Of a stretch of 61,055 bases of DNA, positions 11,229 to 23,500 are shown one piece after another; position 1 is the first letter of the stretch, and each line of letters starts with the position of its first letter. Under the pieces are notes generated by a model. It did no database searches and was not told where the DNA came from. It worked only from the letters and a program-made list of their open reading frames with translations. This DNA comes from Saccostrea cucullata. Taxonomy: Eukaryota. A program made the translations under genes and the position numbers. The stretch is from contig NW_026934374.1 in the NCBI RefSeq assembly GCF_032062105.1, positions 1-61,055 of the forward strand, written 5' to 3'.

Positions 11229-14200
11229 CAACTTTTGTCTCATCAGTTTTTTTGTTTGCCAATTTTTTAAAAATATAATGCTTTTTTGTATTTTAGATAA
11301 CTCTTTTTAAATCCTATTGGAAAATAAAAGTGATATTTTCTTTCTTAAATAATGATGACTTGATGATTGTTCTCTCATTTTTTCTTATATATACTGATAT
11401 TTCCAATAATTATTGATCTGCACTCCAAATTTACTGTACTTAGATAACTTAAAATACCTGAAATGTGTGATAGTTTATCTTCTGAAAATAAACTAAAATA
11501 TGCCTGTGTGAAATCCTTGAACCGTTCAGCGGTACAAGTCTGAATATATCTGTTCTGATTTTCAATGAAATATTTTTCTCTACTTTTTTTCAGTGAAATC
11601 CTGCATTTTGTAATATATGTATCGAATATATTCAATATAAAATTATTTTCTTTCTCAGTGTCAAAGGATACCGAAAAGACAGTGTAAAAAATAAAAAAAA
11701 AAATGCAAGAGGCATTAGTAAGCTAAATAAATAACTATAAATAGAAATAAAATGAAATAAAAAATATATATAACAAATAGTTCTGTAGTTGGATATAGGA
11801 TCTATTTATGGCTTTGGAAAATGTTTTACCAGTTTATACAGCTTTACAGTTTACCCTTTATACAGTTTTAGCAGAGTAGTTTTGCAGAAAATCTTTTCTA
11901 AACTAATGAAACAAATTCTATATGCAACGACAAAACAATTAATATTAACTATGATTACAATATTAACCAAATTTTCATATTTGAATAGATAAATGTTTAT
12001 CGTGTTTTTTGTCATCAACATTAGTAATATTTGTGACATCAAATGTATATAAGTATGTGATGTCATGAAGAATATAAGGATAGATAGTTTTATTTGTGAC
12101 GTAAAAATGGAAATATAAGAGAATGTGCTATTATATGCATACATACAATGTTATAAAACTGTATAAGTTCAGTTTTTCTAAATATTTGGAAATATGATAA
12201 AGATAAAGAAAATAAAAAAAAATCTCAAAATACCAAATACAGGTGAAGTTTAACACCTGAGGTATTTCACTGTGTATTAAATCACTTCCCAAGGGATTAG
12301 GAGACAGAACACCACAGGTAGACTGCTAGCCCAAAAGCATTCACACCTGCACAAAATAATCCCCTCCATTACCTGGAATATACCACACGGTAAGAAATCT
12401 CTGCCTTTAATAATTGAATCATAAATTGAACATATTGAAACTCAAGAGAGATAATTGCGGCCAGTCGTACCAAAAATACTTTGGAAATAAAGTTTGGATA
12501 TTTCAAAGAAAGATATACTTTTACATGAACCACGTATAAAGACATCTGGAAAACAGAGAAAAATATTCCCATTTTACCTTGGCCTACAAAGCCCAGATAT
12601 GCACATATTAGAATATGGAAAGTTTTAAAAATAGGTAATAACCGTATAAATCGGCGATTTAATTAACAACACGTCAGATAGATCTTGAAAAAGAAATTAA
12701 GTGACTGACATCTTGGCATCTTTTGATTCACATTTTATAAAAACTCTTATTAATGTATCCCAAAGAAAGCCAGGGCCGTATTTAGATAAAAGAATACATA
12801 AAAGGATACAAATAATTCTTTGCAAGTGCTTGTTTTTGTTTGCATACTTTTACATTTTACATTTCATCAGGTTTTCCCTATATTATTGACGGAGGTCTGT
12901 TTTTTTTTAACAAAAAACGACCAAATACTGTACATAAAATTTTTAAATAAGTGGATATCTTATGTTTAAATAATATCTATGAACGAAACACATATGTTAA
13001 GAAGACATTAAAAAAGGACCAATGAAAAATAAGAGGTAGGATCAACTGAAAAGGTGGGGGTAAGAATCCCCTGTTGACCGTCACATTTACCTCAAGCTGT
13101 ATAATTTGCTCAGATATAAGAAACTTTCTCTAGCCAATTCAGTAAAAAAAAAAAAAACGAAAGTCCTTACAGCTAACCAAAATACACTACAGTTATAAGA
13201 TATTTGCTAACAAGATAATTAATACTTACATCAAATTTACGAAATGGCAAATTTAATTGAGATTGTTTAAACTTTTGTAACACCAAGTGTCAGTGAGTAC
13301 ATGTAGCATGTCTCGAAAGTTTAAGAACCATTTGGGGATGTCGTCAGTTATGTACAAGACGGTTATGTTTCAAAATATGTCTACTTCCTGGAATATATGA
13401 ATGGAATACTTAATCAAAACGTCATAAAAAAACTTCAGTTCAACTTTTATATTCTGTAGTAAATTAATATCTTAAAACCATTCAATAACTTGAAATATCA
13501 ACTTGATTGTGGTATAGTTATTATGAAAAATGGAAAATTAAGATTAAAAAGTTTAATTCTTAATAAAGTTTAAAATACATAAAATGAACTTCGAACCTAT
13601 TTATTACTTTCATTTTTTCTTACAAGCACATTAATACCGATCGCATGACATCTAAAATTAATTTTGATATATACGGATATGTGTGCTGTGTCACTATCAG
13701 AACCAGAAATCAACGATCGTCAAGTGCTGAATCAATAAAAATTTATTGTTGTATTAGAATAGCCATCTCCATTATAAATGTACCTTATATTCTCACACTG
13801 ATTTAAAGCTGCACCCTAAATTATTATAGAACCCGGAAGATAAAAACCAAGAGCGTATATTTCAAGTGAAATACACTCTGGATTTTAAATGATTATGCAC
13901 ATACATGTACAATGTACTTGTACTGCTGAAATTTTCCTCTTTTGGTAATATCTCCCTCTCTCTCCCTTTTTTCCCTTTATTTCCTCTACCTTTATAATTA
14001 CCTTTTCGGAATAGTGTTCTTAAAATGATCAATACTTTAGATCTGGCTTCAAGCGCTATGTTTACCTGTAAAATTAATTGATAGTTGTATCATATTGTGT
14101 AGAAGAAAGGTACCAATAAAAATAAGAAAAAAGTTTGTAAAGAATAATCTAAAATCAACCAATATATCTTATATGTCTTGTTTAAACAGGCGGAAGACGT

Positions 14201-14433
14201 AAAGAGGCTACTGATAATAGTTATCATTTTATTGCAGCTGTGTCCTAAATTGGGGTTTGCGCAAATCGAGAACATAATATTAGTGACAATGTCTTTGTAT
14301 TAAAATTATCTACGTTTTGAATCTTATTTTAAGATAATTAAAACTGCAATGTTTTTGTTATGAACGAACTGAAAAAAAACCCAGTCATTTAATTTGACCT
14401 TCGCTTATTTTTTATGTCTTGTTAATTTAACAG

Positions 14434-14634
14434 TGACGTCAGTTAAAATTGTTTTAAATAAAAATGTGAACATATTTCTGTTTATTTTGAAAATTTTTTA
14501 TGTTAAATATTTTAATAGACTTCTTCCATTTTGATATCTTATTTACATACCTTGACTATGCGTCTCTTATCTTTCGTTTTACCTGTTTATGTCATCAAAT
14601 CATATAATCCACTTCCCACTGTCAACCAGGAAGT
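14434..14634 (+). promoter_or_regulatory. Candidate proximal promoter motifs of gene B
   Basis: Perfect CRE TGACGTCA at 14434-14441; ETS-type ACTTCC (~14611) and CAGGAAGT (14627-14634) just upstream of ATG 14672. Motif match only. Confidence 0.3.
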
Positions 14635-14671
14635 CGAATGACGCCTTATATTTTATTCAAAATACAGGACA

Positions 14672-14735
14672 ATGTGGTTGGATGCAATCTTAGTGAATTT
14701 TCTTATACACACTGTACCAAAAATCTCAGGATTTG
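14672..14735 (+). CDS. Gene B first coding exon (signal peptide)
   Basis: MWLDAILVNFLIHTVPKISGF + G|gtaagt; phase 1, joins 24930 to give ...SGFVNLA. Confidence 0.72.
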
Positions 14736-17700
14736 GTAAGTATCTCTCACTCTTCCTTCTCTTATGAAATGCACGTAGTAGAGATATGTACGAAAGCCCA
14801 GAAGGCTCATTCGAGATTCGAGTTTCCAAATACGAGATTCGAAATTCGAGATTCAAAATTCGAAATTCGACATTCAAAATTCGAGTTTCGAGATTCAAGA
14901 TCCAAACGAACCAATCAAAAGCGGGTTCAACATTTGATTACTTCCCTTTTTTATGTTTTTACTATCAAGAAATAGTTCAATATAATTATATCAAATGGGT
15001 CATTTGATTAAATTACAATGCAAGAAAAAGTGTTTTATATATTAGAAGGAAATTTAAATAATTAATGGAATTTTGGAGTTCCAAAATGGCGCTTGAAGTG
15101 GGAAGCCGTGTTTTGTAGGGTGCGGAGTTTTCGGCCGGGAATGAGTGTTTAAAATAGAAGTGGGTCCCTGAAAAGTTTTGAAGGCTTCCTTTGTGACTGC
15201 TGGACTATTGCAAACGTAGTAATTTAATTTTGCATGCTTGTGCAGACGTCTTTTCCAGTTTTGAACTGTGTAGAGCTGCCGTGAATAGTGAGTGGAGTTG
15301 CTATAAATAGACAATGTCGACTAGTCAGGCAGGTGTCCTTACACGAAACATGAGCACAGGAGGCGAAAAATCAAATAAATCTAGCTCAAAGCAGAGTCCA
15401 GTATTGAAAACACCAACAAAAGGAGGTGAGGGTGAGTGGACACAGATTCAAATTCAATTAAAAGAAATAAAAAGCGATTTAAATAAAACTTTGAAAGCTG
15501 ACGATGTAAAAGAGCTCATTAAAAATGTAGTCCAGGAAATGCTTCAAAAACATCAGGATAAGATTGAGAAAAAATTCAACGACAAAATTGAAGGTTTAAA
15601 GCAAGAAAATAGACAATTAAAAGACAGTATTGAAAAACTGGAAGCCGATAAAAGGGCAATTAAACGTGAACTCGATGAGAGCAATGAAGCGTTAAACGAT
15701 TTACACAATCGATTTGAGGAGAATGAAAACATGGCTAAAGCCGCTTTCGCTAAGGCTAACCAAAACGAGCAATATTCACGAAAATACAATGTTAAATTCC
15801 ATGGTCTCCCCGAAACCGAAGGAGAAAATCCCCTGGAAATTGTCAATAACACACTAGCAGATGTAGGGGTGGAAATTCAAGGCAGTGATGTTGTGGCCAT
15901 TCACCGAATCCCCGGAAAGCCGGACGAACACAAACCCATAATTGTAAAATTTCTCAACATTGATTCAAAAATCCGTGTCATGAGAAAGAGATCAAACATA
16001 AAAGACTTAAAAAAGGGTTGGAAGGTGACTGATGATGTAAGAAAGGCAAACGTTGATCTTATAATCGAACTGACCAAGGATCCCCGGATAAAATCAGCCT
16101 GGTATTTTAATGGCTCGGTCTACGGACAATATGGAACCAAACGCGTGAAGTTTGACATTTTTGACAATATCGAACGCAAACTGAAAAACAAGTAACTTTT
16201 CTTTTCGGAAACTCTTTGGTCCAATTGGTATCTATTTGACATTTACAAAGATGAGGTGTACTTCCGGTGTTGAGAAGGTAAACAAAACTTGTTGTTGAAC
16301 TCTGTCTCGTGCCGTTCAAGGGTCACAAGGAACTAAACTTTTTTTTCTCATACTTTTTTGTTTATTTTTTTTCTAGTTATGTTGTGTGAAAGTTTGTCAA
16401 TGTGTGTGTGTGTGTGTGTGCATGTACTTACCTGTGTCAATCTACCTACGGAAGGGGTGTGCCCAAAATTTATTGCAACAATACAGAGCTGGAACAATCT
16501 TTTTTCTTTTCTAAACCAGTATGAGTTTCAGTGTACTTTCTTTTAATTGTAGGGGGATTGGAGGTATAGAAAAAAGAAGGGATGTATTAAATTATATTAA
16601 GCAAAAGAATTTCTCGGTATGTTTACTTCAAGATACTCATTTAACTAATGATGATTATTAACAAGTGAGGTCTTTCTGGGGCTTTGATGTATATTTTTCA
16701 CCAGGAAAATCAAATGCTAGGGGCACTGCAATACTATTTAATAACAATTTTGAATATAATATTCATAAGCAATACAATGATGATGATGGGAATCTCCTTA
16801 TACTTGAAATGAATGTTTTCAACAAGTATGATTTTATGTTAATTAATTTGTATGGTCCAAATAAGGACAGCCCATCTTTTTATGAGTCTTTGTTTGATAT
16901 AATATCAGAATTTAATGGTGAATTTGTTATTATGGCAGGGGACTTTAATCTGATACAAGATAAAAATTTAGACTGCTATAACTATAACAATGTAAATAAC
17001 CCAGAAGCTAGAAAAGTGGTATTGGATTTAAAGGAAACACTTGGCCTGGTTGATCCTTGGAGAATTAAGTATACTAATCGGAAGAGGTATACATGGTTTA
17101 AAAATAAACCAACTAAAAAAGCTAGACTAGATTATTTTTTGGTGTCAAACGAATTAATGGCACTTATCGATAAAGTTGACATAAGTCCGGGCTATAGATC
17201 AGACCATTCAATGATTGAACTTAGCATTACATTAAGTAAATTTGAAAGAGGAAAGGGGTTCTGGAAATTTAATAACTCATTGCTTAATGATCCTGTCTAT
17301 GTTGATAAAGTCAAAGAAACAATAAATACGGTTAAACAGAAATATGCTGCTCTCCCATATAAGCCTTCAGAAATTAAGAATATATCAGATGAAAATTTAT
17401 GCTTGACTATAGATGATCAATTATTTTTTGAACAACTGTTATTAGAAATAAGGGGAGTAACAATTGCCTTATCATCTAGAAAAAAGAAGCTTACAGAAAA
17501 TAAAAGAAAATCTCTCGAGGAAGAAATAATTAAACTAGAAAGTGATCTTAATGATAGTAGTGATTCTCCAGACACTTTTGAAAAATTAAAACAAGCTCAA
17601 ACCAAACTCGAAGAAATTAGAAAAGAATATATTAAAGGACTATTTGCTAGAAGCAAGCTTAAATGGATAGAATATGGAGAGAAACCTACTAAATATTTTC

Positions 17701-20552
17701 TTAGTCTAGAGAAAAGAAATTATATAAATAAAACTGTAAATAAGCTTCTCACAGATAATGGTATTGTCACTGGACAGTCGGATATCCTATCCGAAATTGA
17801 AAGATTTTATAAGGCATTATACTCATGTGTGGACAGCAAGTTACACGATGTGAAATTGGAAAGCATTATTAATACTGAACATATTAATGTATTGGATAAA
17901 AACACCGCTACAGAACTTGAAGGTTTGATATCGAAAGAGGAAGCCCTTACAGCACTTAAAAATATGAAAAACAATAAAAGTCCTGGAAGTGACGGGTTTA
18001 CTGTTGAATTCTTCAAATTTTTTTGGAAAGATTTGGGAACTTTTCTAGTCAGATCTCTTAATTATGGATTTATATCAGGGGAATTATCTTTGACCCAGAA
18101 GCAGGGTATTATTTCTATTCTCCCTAAGGGGGATAAGCCAAGAGAGTACCTTAAAAATTGGCGGCCTATTTCGTTACTAAATGTATCATATAAAATTGCC
18201 TCCTCATGTATTGCTAATAGAATAAAAAAGGTCTTGGACTTCTTAATTCACGACAATCAAAAGGGCTTTCTTCAGGGTAGATTTATAGGAGAAAATACTC
18301 GAGTTATTTATGATACAATCCATAATACTCTTGAAAAACAGATCCCAGGTATCTTATTACTTATTGATTTCGAAAAGGCATTTGATTCAATTTCATGGCG
18401 ATTTATGTATAGGACCCTAAAGTTGTTTAATTTTGGCCCTGATATAATAAAATGGGTATCAGTTTTATACAACAAAGCTAGACTGTGTGTTTTACAAAAT
18501 GGTATTTTTTCTAATTTCTTTTTAATTGGACGAGGTTGTCGCCAAGGAGATCCTGTATCCCCTTATTTATTTAATCTCTGTGTTGAAATTATGGGTATAA
18601 TGATTAGACAAAACAAAAATATTAAAGGAATAAATATAGGAAAGGAAAAAGTTTGTTTACTCCAATATGCGGATGATACAGTACTGTTCTTAGATGGCTC
18701 AGAAAAAAGTCTAAAAAGTGCACTTGACCTTCTTTTTCAATTTTCAAAATTTTCCGGTTTAAAGCCTAATATTAGTAAAACTAAAGCTATCTGGATTGGC
18801 TCAAAACTTGGTTCAAATGAAACACTGTGTGATAATACAGATCTAAGTTGGACTAATCAACCATTTACAATATTGGGTATCACTTACACTGCAAATCTTA
18901 AAGAAATGGAACAACTGAACTTTGATAGCAAATTACTTGGGATTCAAAAAGAAATAACACAGTGGTCTAAAAGACATATTACCCCATTAGGCAAAATAAC
19001 AGTTGTTAAAAGTGTTTTACTGTCCAAACTTACTCACTTGTTCAGTGTTTTGCCTACACCAAGCGTACAGTGGATTAAAAAATTAGAAAAATTACTTTTT
19101 AAATTTATTTGGGGCAATAAACCTGATAAGATTAGCCGAAAAACATTACAGTCAGAGTTTAAAAAAGGTGGATGCAGAATGACTAATGTTGAAATTTTTA
19201 TAAAATCTCTTAAACTTACTTGGTTTCGGAGAATACTTTCTACTAACGCAACACAGTGGGCAGTATTGTTTACAGAAATTACTGGTTGTAATGTCACACA
19301 GATGTGTCAGTTTGGGTCAGAATACATTAGACAAAAAGTAAAGTTAATTTCCAATCCTTTTTGGAGAGAAACACTCTCATATTTTACAGATTTTATTAAT
19401 ATTTGTACATCTGCAATACAGGATAACACACTATTGGAACCATTATGGTACAATGAAAAAATAAAAATACAAAACCAAAGTGTTTTTTATAAATCTTTAT
19501 ATAGAAAAGGATTCCATATAGTTTCTGACTTGCTCATTAGCCAGGGTACTTTTATTTCTTATGATAAATTAAAAGATTATTTTAATGTAAAAATGCCCTT
19601 TACCATATATGAAGGTTTTAAGCATGCTATTTTATGTGCAATGCCAGAAGTAAAAAATCTGGATCCTTCTTTAGTAACAAGACCAGTCCAGCTTGAGTTT
19701 ATAACAATTTTGTGTAAAGATAACAAAGGTTCTAGAAGAATATACGATTTGTTTATGTCCCAAGGACAACATAAACCTTCGTGTGAAAAGAAATGGACAA
19801 ATGATTTATCACTACAAGATGACTTTAATTGGAATCAAGTTTATATTAATCTTAAAAATCTAACAAAAGATACAACATTGTTTTGGTTTCAATATAGAAT
19901 TTTACATAGAATACTTGGTGTGAAAAGATATTTGTTTTTTTCAAAAATTATTGATAATCAAAAGTGTGCACTGTGCTCACAGGAACCTGAGACATTAAAA
20001 CACTTATTTTTTGAATGTGATTTTGTCAAGATAATCTGGTCATCCTTAGAAGATTGGATTTGTTTAAAATCTGGTAGAACATTGCAATTTAATATACAAA
20101 ATGTAATCCTCTGTACTGCAGACATTGATGTGGGTTTGAATGTTATTATTGTATTAGTAAAAAAATATATCTTTCAAACATCAAGAAAAAAGTGTACCAT
20201 TTTATTTAATGATTTATTATTGTACTTGAGTAATTATTTTGTTATAGAAAAAAAAGTATATGATGTTGAACAATTTGAAAAAAGATGGTCTAATTGGAAA
20301 TGTCTTTTTCAAAGTAATGACGAAGCATTGGAGTTTTATACTATTGTTATATTGACTGATATTTATTTAATGACTAAGCATTGGAGTTTTATACTGTTGT
20401 TATACCGACTGATATTTATTTCACCCCCCTTCCACATGTAATATTGTGTGAGTCTCACTCTGTATGTAAGTGTGTGTACGTCTGTATGTGAGTGTGTCAT
20501 TAACTACATTTAAATGTTTGCTTCTGAACATATATGTAATGTGTGGTTTCTT

Positions 20553-20583
<31 letters not shown>

Positions 20584-23500
20584 GGAATTTTGATCAGCAA
20601 AAAATATTTTAATTTATATTATAGATTCTTAAATATTAAATAGATTTCATATATCAGGAGTATATACACTTTTGAATTGTCTACTAAGCGTCATTTTTAT
20701 GAATTTCTTCTGTTAGGAAAACTACAGGTACTTGTTGGCGGGACCCCCCCCCCCCCCCCCGCACACTCTCTTTATATTCAACCCAAGGGCTTATTGGAAA
20801 TTTTTGTGTCATAAGATATATTTATTTAACTTATTCATCATGTATACAATAACAAAAAAATTTAAAATCCCCAGAATAATCGCTCAACATCCCTCCAAAT
20901 ACCCACAATACATTATAAGAGAAAGATATGCCACTCCAGTCTGTTTACGTTGTACCCCCTCTGGTATTAAATGCCTTTATTTTGTTTTAACTTTAAATGT
21001 CGATTCACACTGCAGGCGCAGATTCAGAAATTTTTCAAAGGGGGGGGGGGTTGAAGTATTTTTCAAAAGCGGGGGTTGAAGGCGAAAACAGTTAAAAAGT
21101 ACGTTGTACACATACATATAGTTAAATAACTCAATAGAATATCGATACAGGGTGGAGTATGGTTTTTGAAAGAAAGTGGGACGTTGATCAATATGGGAAA
21201 AAGTACTTGTATACATTACCAGAAAGTTTTTGAAAAAGAAAGGGAAATAAATCTCCGAACCTGAAAATCCTATTTTGTAAAGGGAGGGTTTTTATTTTGT
21301 TTTTACAGCCGAATTTCTTTATATAATACAACATTAGCCTTTCACCTTACATTTCCTATAGTAAAAACACAACGAAAAAATTGCAACTTTCTTATTTCTC
21401 TTTCTCTTAAATTGCAAATCAAAAGGGGGGGGGGAGGTTGCAACCCCCGTAACCCCCCCCCCCCACTGGATCCGCCACTACACTGTCTCTAAATATACAA
21501 TGTATCTCTGTCTTAGTCCATGCTATCGGACTGACTCTGCATCACGTAATAATCCCACATTTACTCCGTAAACAGCATTCTTTCTTGTAAAGTGGGGTAA
21601 TAAATTGTGTTTTTTTGTTTTGTTTTGGTTTTTTTTTTTTTTTTTTTTGGTTTGAGCGATTATTCTGGGGGTTTTACGCCAGCGATTTTTTCGTAATTGT
21701 AAGGTTACACATAACAGAGAAATAAGCCCGGGGGTTCAATATCAAGGGGATGGGGGGGGGGGTCTTGTCCACACGTACCTTAAGACAAGAAACATAAATT
21801 ATATTGACGCAAGCGTCAAAAATCGGCCGCAAACCAATTAATTGTTCCTTTTATGGTCCCTCTAGATCCGCCACTACATTACTTCTCTTTGAGTTGTAGC
21901 GGGAAAATTCTTGGCACATTGTAAAACGTGCATTATCCTCGTCTGCTAAGGGCCAAATCTTGTAATATTCTGTAGCCTGCTAAGTCTTTTAATGAATTAA
22001 CATTTAAACATATGTTTCAAAATGTTTATATATGTACATATGTACATGTCATTTTAAAATAAATACGTACAACAAATCCCGTTTGAATGGAGAAAGTAAA
22101 ATTGCGTAATATACATAATGCGGTCTTTGCTGTAGACTACGCCCAACACATGTCCTAATTTTCTCCGCACCTCAAACATGTCTAAGTTCATAAATAGGAT
22201 TGGATGAAATATTTACCTCATTCTTCATAAGAATTTTTAATTTTATGTTTATGATGCGTTCTTCTTTAACCTTTAGACGCTCTTTTTAATATACTACTAT
22301 ATTAATGTTAAATATTTTTTATTTAAATTGTTTTAACTCCGCAAAAACGCACAGCGGCTTCGAACTTTCATATCATAGAGCCGACCGCCTCCGGGCCGGT
22401 AATTAGTTGACGATACAAAAATATATATACTTCTGATATATGTAATCTATTTAATATTTAAGAATCTATAATATAAATTGATATATTTTTTGCTGATCAA
22501 AATTCCATTAATTATTTAAATTTACGTCTAATATATATAGCACTTTTTCTTGCATTGTAATTTAATCAAATGACACATTTGATATAATTATATTGAATTA
22601 TTTCTTGATAGTAAAAACATAATAAAGGGGAATAATCAAATGTTGAACTCGCTTTTGATTGGTTCGTTTGGATATTGAATCTCAAAACTCGAATTTTGAA
22701 TGTCGAATTTCGAATTTTGAATCTCGAATTTCGAATCTCGTATTTGGAAACTCGAATCTCGAATGAGCCTTCTGGGCTTTCGTAGATATGATAACTTAAT
22801 TTTAACGCTTTTTCTTTCAATCTAAAAAATATTTAAACGGTGATTACTCATTATCTTTGAATTTAACGTAGAACCTACGTCGTATGACATCATAACAAAT
22901 GAATGTGTTAGATCTATTATGACGTCATGATTATTTCAATGTCAATTTTCCCGTACTTTACAGCTTCAATAGAAATGGTAGAAAATACTGCATTTTGTAA
23001 TTCAAAGAATTTAATTTAAAATCATGCACAAAATAATCTTAATTCAATTTATCTATTTTTTTGGTTATAATGCTTAATATATTTCTTGAATTAGAGAAAC
23101 CTGTAGGCTCCTTTCATTTACGAGATCTTGACCTTAATTAAGTTGACAAATCCAAGACTATATTGTGTAATAATAAAATTACAATGTATACAACTTACTG
23201 TAATAATGTAAATGATATGTAATTATTTTGAAGGAATGCAGAAATCAAAAAAAAAAAAAAAATCTTCAGTTGCCAACTAAATAGTGTAATATCTTGATGA
23301 AATGTTCTTAAGTCAAAGATGTACGTGTTGTAGATCGTGTGTACATTTATATAATAGTGTTGCATTATGCATGTACTATGCCTAAATAATAGGCAGGGTT
23401 TAACACATGGTGCACGAGCCGGAGGCGAGTGCACTATGTGTCAAACCCTGCCTACTATTTAGGCATAGTACATGCATAATGCAACCCTATTGTTATTATT

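Larger units (their letters stand above)
15076..20580 (+). mobile_element. Full-length non-LTR retrotransposon, L1/Tx1 group
   Basis: 5'UTR, ORF1, spacer with (TG)10 at 16401-16420, ORF2, AATAAA plus poly(A); 12-bp TSD AATGGAATTTTG (15064-15075 / 20581-20592). Confidence 0.96.
14789..22784. mobile_element. Non-autonomous foldback DNA transposon, IS3EU-like
   Basis: TACGAAAG...CTTTCGTA ends, 6-bp TSD GATATG (14783-14788 / 22785-22790); ~365-bp TIRs (14789-15075 plus 20593-20668 vs ~22422-22784) containing TTCGAGA/TTCGAAA heptamer runs. TAY..RTA ends with 6-bp TSD are the described IS3EU signature. Confidence 0.8.

Noticed and set aside
14653-15007. ORFs from TTCGAGA repeats (also 22566-22820)
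   Set aside because: Heptamer-array translations within transposon TIRs.
15553-19297. Antisense ORFs inside the LINE
   Set aside because: Short shadow frames of ORF1/ORF2 with no recognisable motifs.
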